A DNA stretch of 64,000 bases from Chrysemys picta bellii (taxonomy: Eukaryota): assembly GCF_011386835.1 (NCBI RefSeq), contig NC_088792.1, positions 111,600,001 through 111,664,000 on the forward strand, in the 5' to 3' direction. The notes under the pieces are model-generated. The model saw only the letters and a program-made list of their open reading frames with translations. It was not told the DNA's origin and did not search any database. The translations under genes were made by a program, and so were the position numbers. This document shows, one piece after another, positions 61,195-64,000 of this stretch (within the stretch, counting starts at the first letter, position 1; each line of letters begins with the position of its first letter).

Positions 61195-63363
61195 TCTTCT
61201 TTGAGTGATTTCTCATGTGTATTCCACAATAGGTGTGCGTGCTCGACACGTGAACCTGTGCCGGAAGTTTTTCCCCTAGCAGTACCCTTAGGGGAGCGAC
61301 CTAGTGACCCGTGGAGTGGTGCCTCCATGGAACGGTATAAGGGGCGCTGTGCGCTCCCCTCACCCTCAGTTCCTTCTTGCCGCCAGTGAAGGTGCTTCAG
61401 AACTGCTCTGCTCCAGCTTTGCTGTAACTCGTCCCCTAAACTGCTAATTCGTTCAGTGTATGGTACCTGTAGTTACTTAGTTGTTTAGTTAGTTTAGTTT
61501 AGCTAGAGTCCCCGGGCCATGGCATGCCCCATGCCCCGGGTTTTAAGTCGTGCGACACTTGTAGGTGATCTATGCCAGTGAGTGATCCACACGCGGACTG
61601 TTTACGCTGTTTGGGGGAAACCCATCTCAGCGATCGCTGCAAGATTTGCAAGTCGTTTAAACCTCGGACCAACAGAGAAAGGGACATCAGGCTCTGGGCT
61701 ATTCCGATGGAGTCGGCACTGACCCTGGCTCTGGCATGCCGCTCCGAGTCGGCACCGGGCACCGCAGTATCGGTGCGTGGCAACCCTTCGGCGCCATCGA
61801 CTAGTCAGCACCACTCTCCATCTAGCCAAGAAGGCTAGGAAAAGGCCTTCTTCGCTGCAGCACCAGAGTAAACCTGGGACAGAGGCTAGACGCATGTCGG
61901 GCAGTTCTCAATCCCCACCGGCCTCTAGGCCTCTGACTCAAGTCGTGTGGAGTAGCCCGGCCCATTCAGAGTAGGCCTCCCCGGATGTCCAAATGCCCTC
62001 CACGCTGGAGGCCCTGCAAGCTGCCCGGGATGTTATATCCATGCCAGTATCAGGAACACCACTGATGTTGGCCCCACGCTCCAGAGGTAAGCCATCTCTG
62101 GGCTCGCCGCAGTCACCCCTGGCTCAGTACCGGTCTCAGTTGAGGGAACATTCCCGATGCAGTTTGCCGCCCAGCATCCGTTTGGGGCAAAGTCCATGTG
62201 AATCACCCTGGACTCCCACCAGGCTGTCTGGTTGGGTTCCGTCTGGCTGAGACTTTCGGCACCGCTCTGCCTCGGAGGGGTTATCGCAGCCAGTCATGGA
62301 AGAAAAATTTATTCATCCTTGAGCTTCGAGTTGTGAACCACCAGGCTCTCCTTGGCTGGTATGAGTTCAATCTGTGGGGCTCCCTGCCCAAGGTCAAGGA
62401 CTCCCTCCAGGAGCGCGACAGGAAGGAATACAAAGTGCTGGTGGAGGAGGGCACAGCGGCTGCCAGGGCAACCTGCAGGCAGCTTCGGATGCAGCGGACA
62501 CGGCCGCGCAGTCCATGGCCTCCACAGTGTCCATGAGAAGGGCGTCATGGCTCCTGGTCTCTGGGCTGTCCAGCGAGGCGCAGACCTCCCTGCAAGACCT
62601 CCCATTTGATGGCAAAGCTCTGTTTGCGGAACAAACAGATACAAAGCTGCATGGCCTGAAAGATTCCTGCACGCCTCTCCAGACTCTGGGTCTCTATGTT
62701 CCGGTTCCGGATAAACCTAAGTTCAAGCCACAGCAGACCACCCATTCAAAATACAAGACCGCTTATAAGAAGCCGCGGGACTATAAGAGGTTCCCACAGA
62801 GGCAGTCTCAGCCTGCCCCCCAACCTGGGTCCTCCAAGGGCAAGCAGGCAGGGAAAAGGCGGTTTTGATGGGACGCCCAGGGGCGCCCTGCCAGTTCTCA
62901 TCAGGGATCCACCCTCAATAAAGCTTCCCTTCTCCAATCGGTTGTGTGCTTTCCTCCCGGAGTGGTCGCAGCTGACCTTGGACCACCATCTCCCGGGGCT
63001 ATAACCTCCAGTTTACTTCCTCCCCACCCATCCACCCCCCGCCCCATCCCTCCTGGGGGACCCCTCACACAAGGCTCTGCTCGAGCAGGAGATGGGGCGG
63101 CTCCTGGGCTTAGGAGCAGTGGAAGCGGTTCCGGGGGAGTTCAAAGGTAAGGAGTACTACTCCTGCTATTTCCTTATCCCGAAGGCCAAAGGGGGGCTCA
63201 GGCCCATCTTGGACCTGAGAGGCCTGAACCAGTACATGGTGAAGCTCAAGTTCCGCATGGTCTCCCTGGCCTCCATCATCCCCTCCCTGGATCCCGGGGA
63301 CTGGTATGCCCTCGATCTGCAGGACACGTACTTCCGCATTCATATATTCGAGGGGCATAGACG
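61195..63363 (+). mobile_element. DIRS-type (tyrosine-recombinase class) retrotransposon: left terminus, gag/ORF1, 5' part of RT; interrupted by a DNA transposon
   Basis: ORF1 from ATG 61524: MPHAPGFKSCDTCR*SMPVSDPHADCLRCLGETHLSDRCKICKSF (TGA at 61566), C-terminal LQAASDAADTAAQSMASTVSMRRASWLL..LQDLPFDGKALF ending at 62868. RT: YSCYFLIPKAKGGLRPILDLRGLN..WYALDLQDTYF. Several frameshifts and deletions. RNase H and recombinase are not in the window. Confidence 0.88.
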
Positions 63364-64000
63364 CAGTGGTGAGTTGGAGCCGGTTCGCAGCAGTTCACAA
63401 GAACTGGTTGCTAAAATTAGACGCCGGTGGAGAACCGGCTGTTAAAGGGCCGGGCGGATGGGCAAACAACTCCGGCCCGCGGGATTGTCCTGTCCCCCAC
63501 CTGAGCTCCCAGAAGTCCCAGCTGGGACCTCCCTGGCCCCTCTCCCGCTTCCCCCCCTCCCTCAGAGCTGCAGCGTGCCGAGCCGCCGGCAGCTCAGCTC
63601 CCCAGACCTGCTGCTTTGAGCAGCCGCCGGCAAGCTAAGTGGGGGGGCTGCGAGCTCCTGGGCCGCCTGGGGGGGGGGGAAGGGGGCAAGTGGGGCAATA
63701 TGTCCCGCGCCCTGCAGGGGCCCCCACGAGAATCTGAAGCTCCCCCCCGGCCCCGCCTCCGCCTTCCCCCTACCCAACCCCCCCCATTCCCCGTCTCTTG
63801 ACCGCTCCCAGAACCTCTGCCCTATCCAACCCCCTCCCCCCCGCTCCCTGTCCCCAGAACTCCCTGCCCCTTATCCAACCCCCTTGTCCCCGGCCTCTAA
63901 CCATGCCACTTACCCCGCTCAGAGCCACATGGTAAGGCCGGGGCAGGGCTGTGAGCTGCGGCCGACTGGCGGGAGCTCAGGCCCGCTGGAGCCACCACGC
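63364..64000. mobile_element. Left part of a GC-rich hAT-like DNA transposon inserted in the DIRS RT gene; runs off the window
   Basis: The RT reading frame breaks at ...FEGHRR and is replaced by cagtggtgagttggagccggttcgc..., a CAGTGG hAT-type terminus followed by GC-rich, C-skewed sequence like other hAT elements here. Right TIR and TSD lie outside the window. Confidence 0.6.

Noticed and set aside
1-64000. Neighbouring FHOD3 exons (RGKKHSIILRTQLSVRVHACI and DDKDLVHEFVVAEGLTCL)
   Set aside because: Not found by eye on the + strand. They presumably lie outside the window; a tBLASTn would confirm.

Overview
Vertebrate genomic DNA, most likely from a turtle (inferred from recalled turtle-type CR1, DIRS, Penelope-like and hAT repeat families; no database search was run). 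The only host coding sequence I can support is one 68-bp exon at 53035-53102 (+) encoding (E)KLYNSSGRELRRALFSLKQIFQ, which matches the N-terminal region of the formin FHOD3 (exon 4 in the human gene structure as I recall it). The rest of the window is therefore inferred to be FHOD3 intron 3 (1-53034) and intron 4 (53103-64000). It is densely filled with transposable elements: a young 5'-truncated CR1 LINE whose ORF2 has a single 1-bp frameshift, several CR1/L2 3' fragments, two decayed DIRS-type retrotransposons with LAP2alpha-like gag, at least three solo LTRs with 5-bp TSDs, many hAT and PIF/Harbinger-like MITEs (several nested), two LF-SINE-like copies, and two Penelope-like fragments. Non-obvious signals: two minimal type I hammerhead ribozyme motifs in the sense orientation of the host pre-mRNA (8532-8571, 32796-32835), a near-perfect 159-bp hairpin (57531-57689), a ~0.95-kb imperfect inverted repeat (about 47630-48575), and a few candidate cryptic exons. 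I cannot support a claim of a wholly new biological system. The hammerheads belong to a known class; whether these copies are active is untested.
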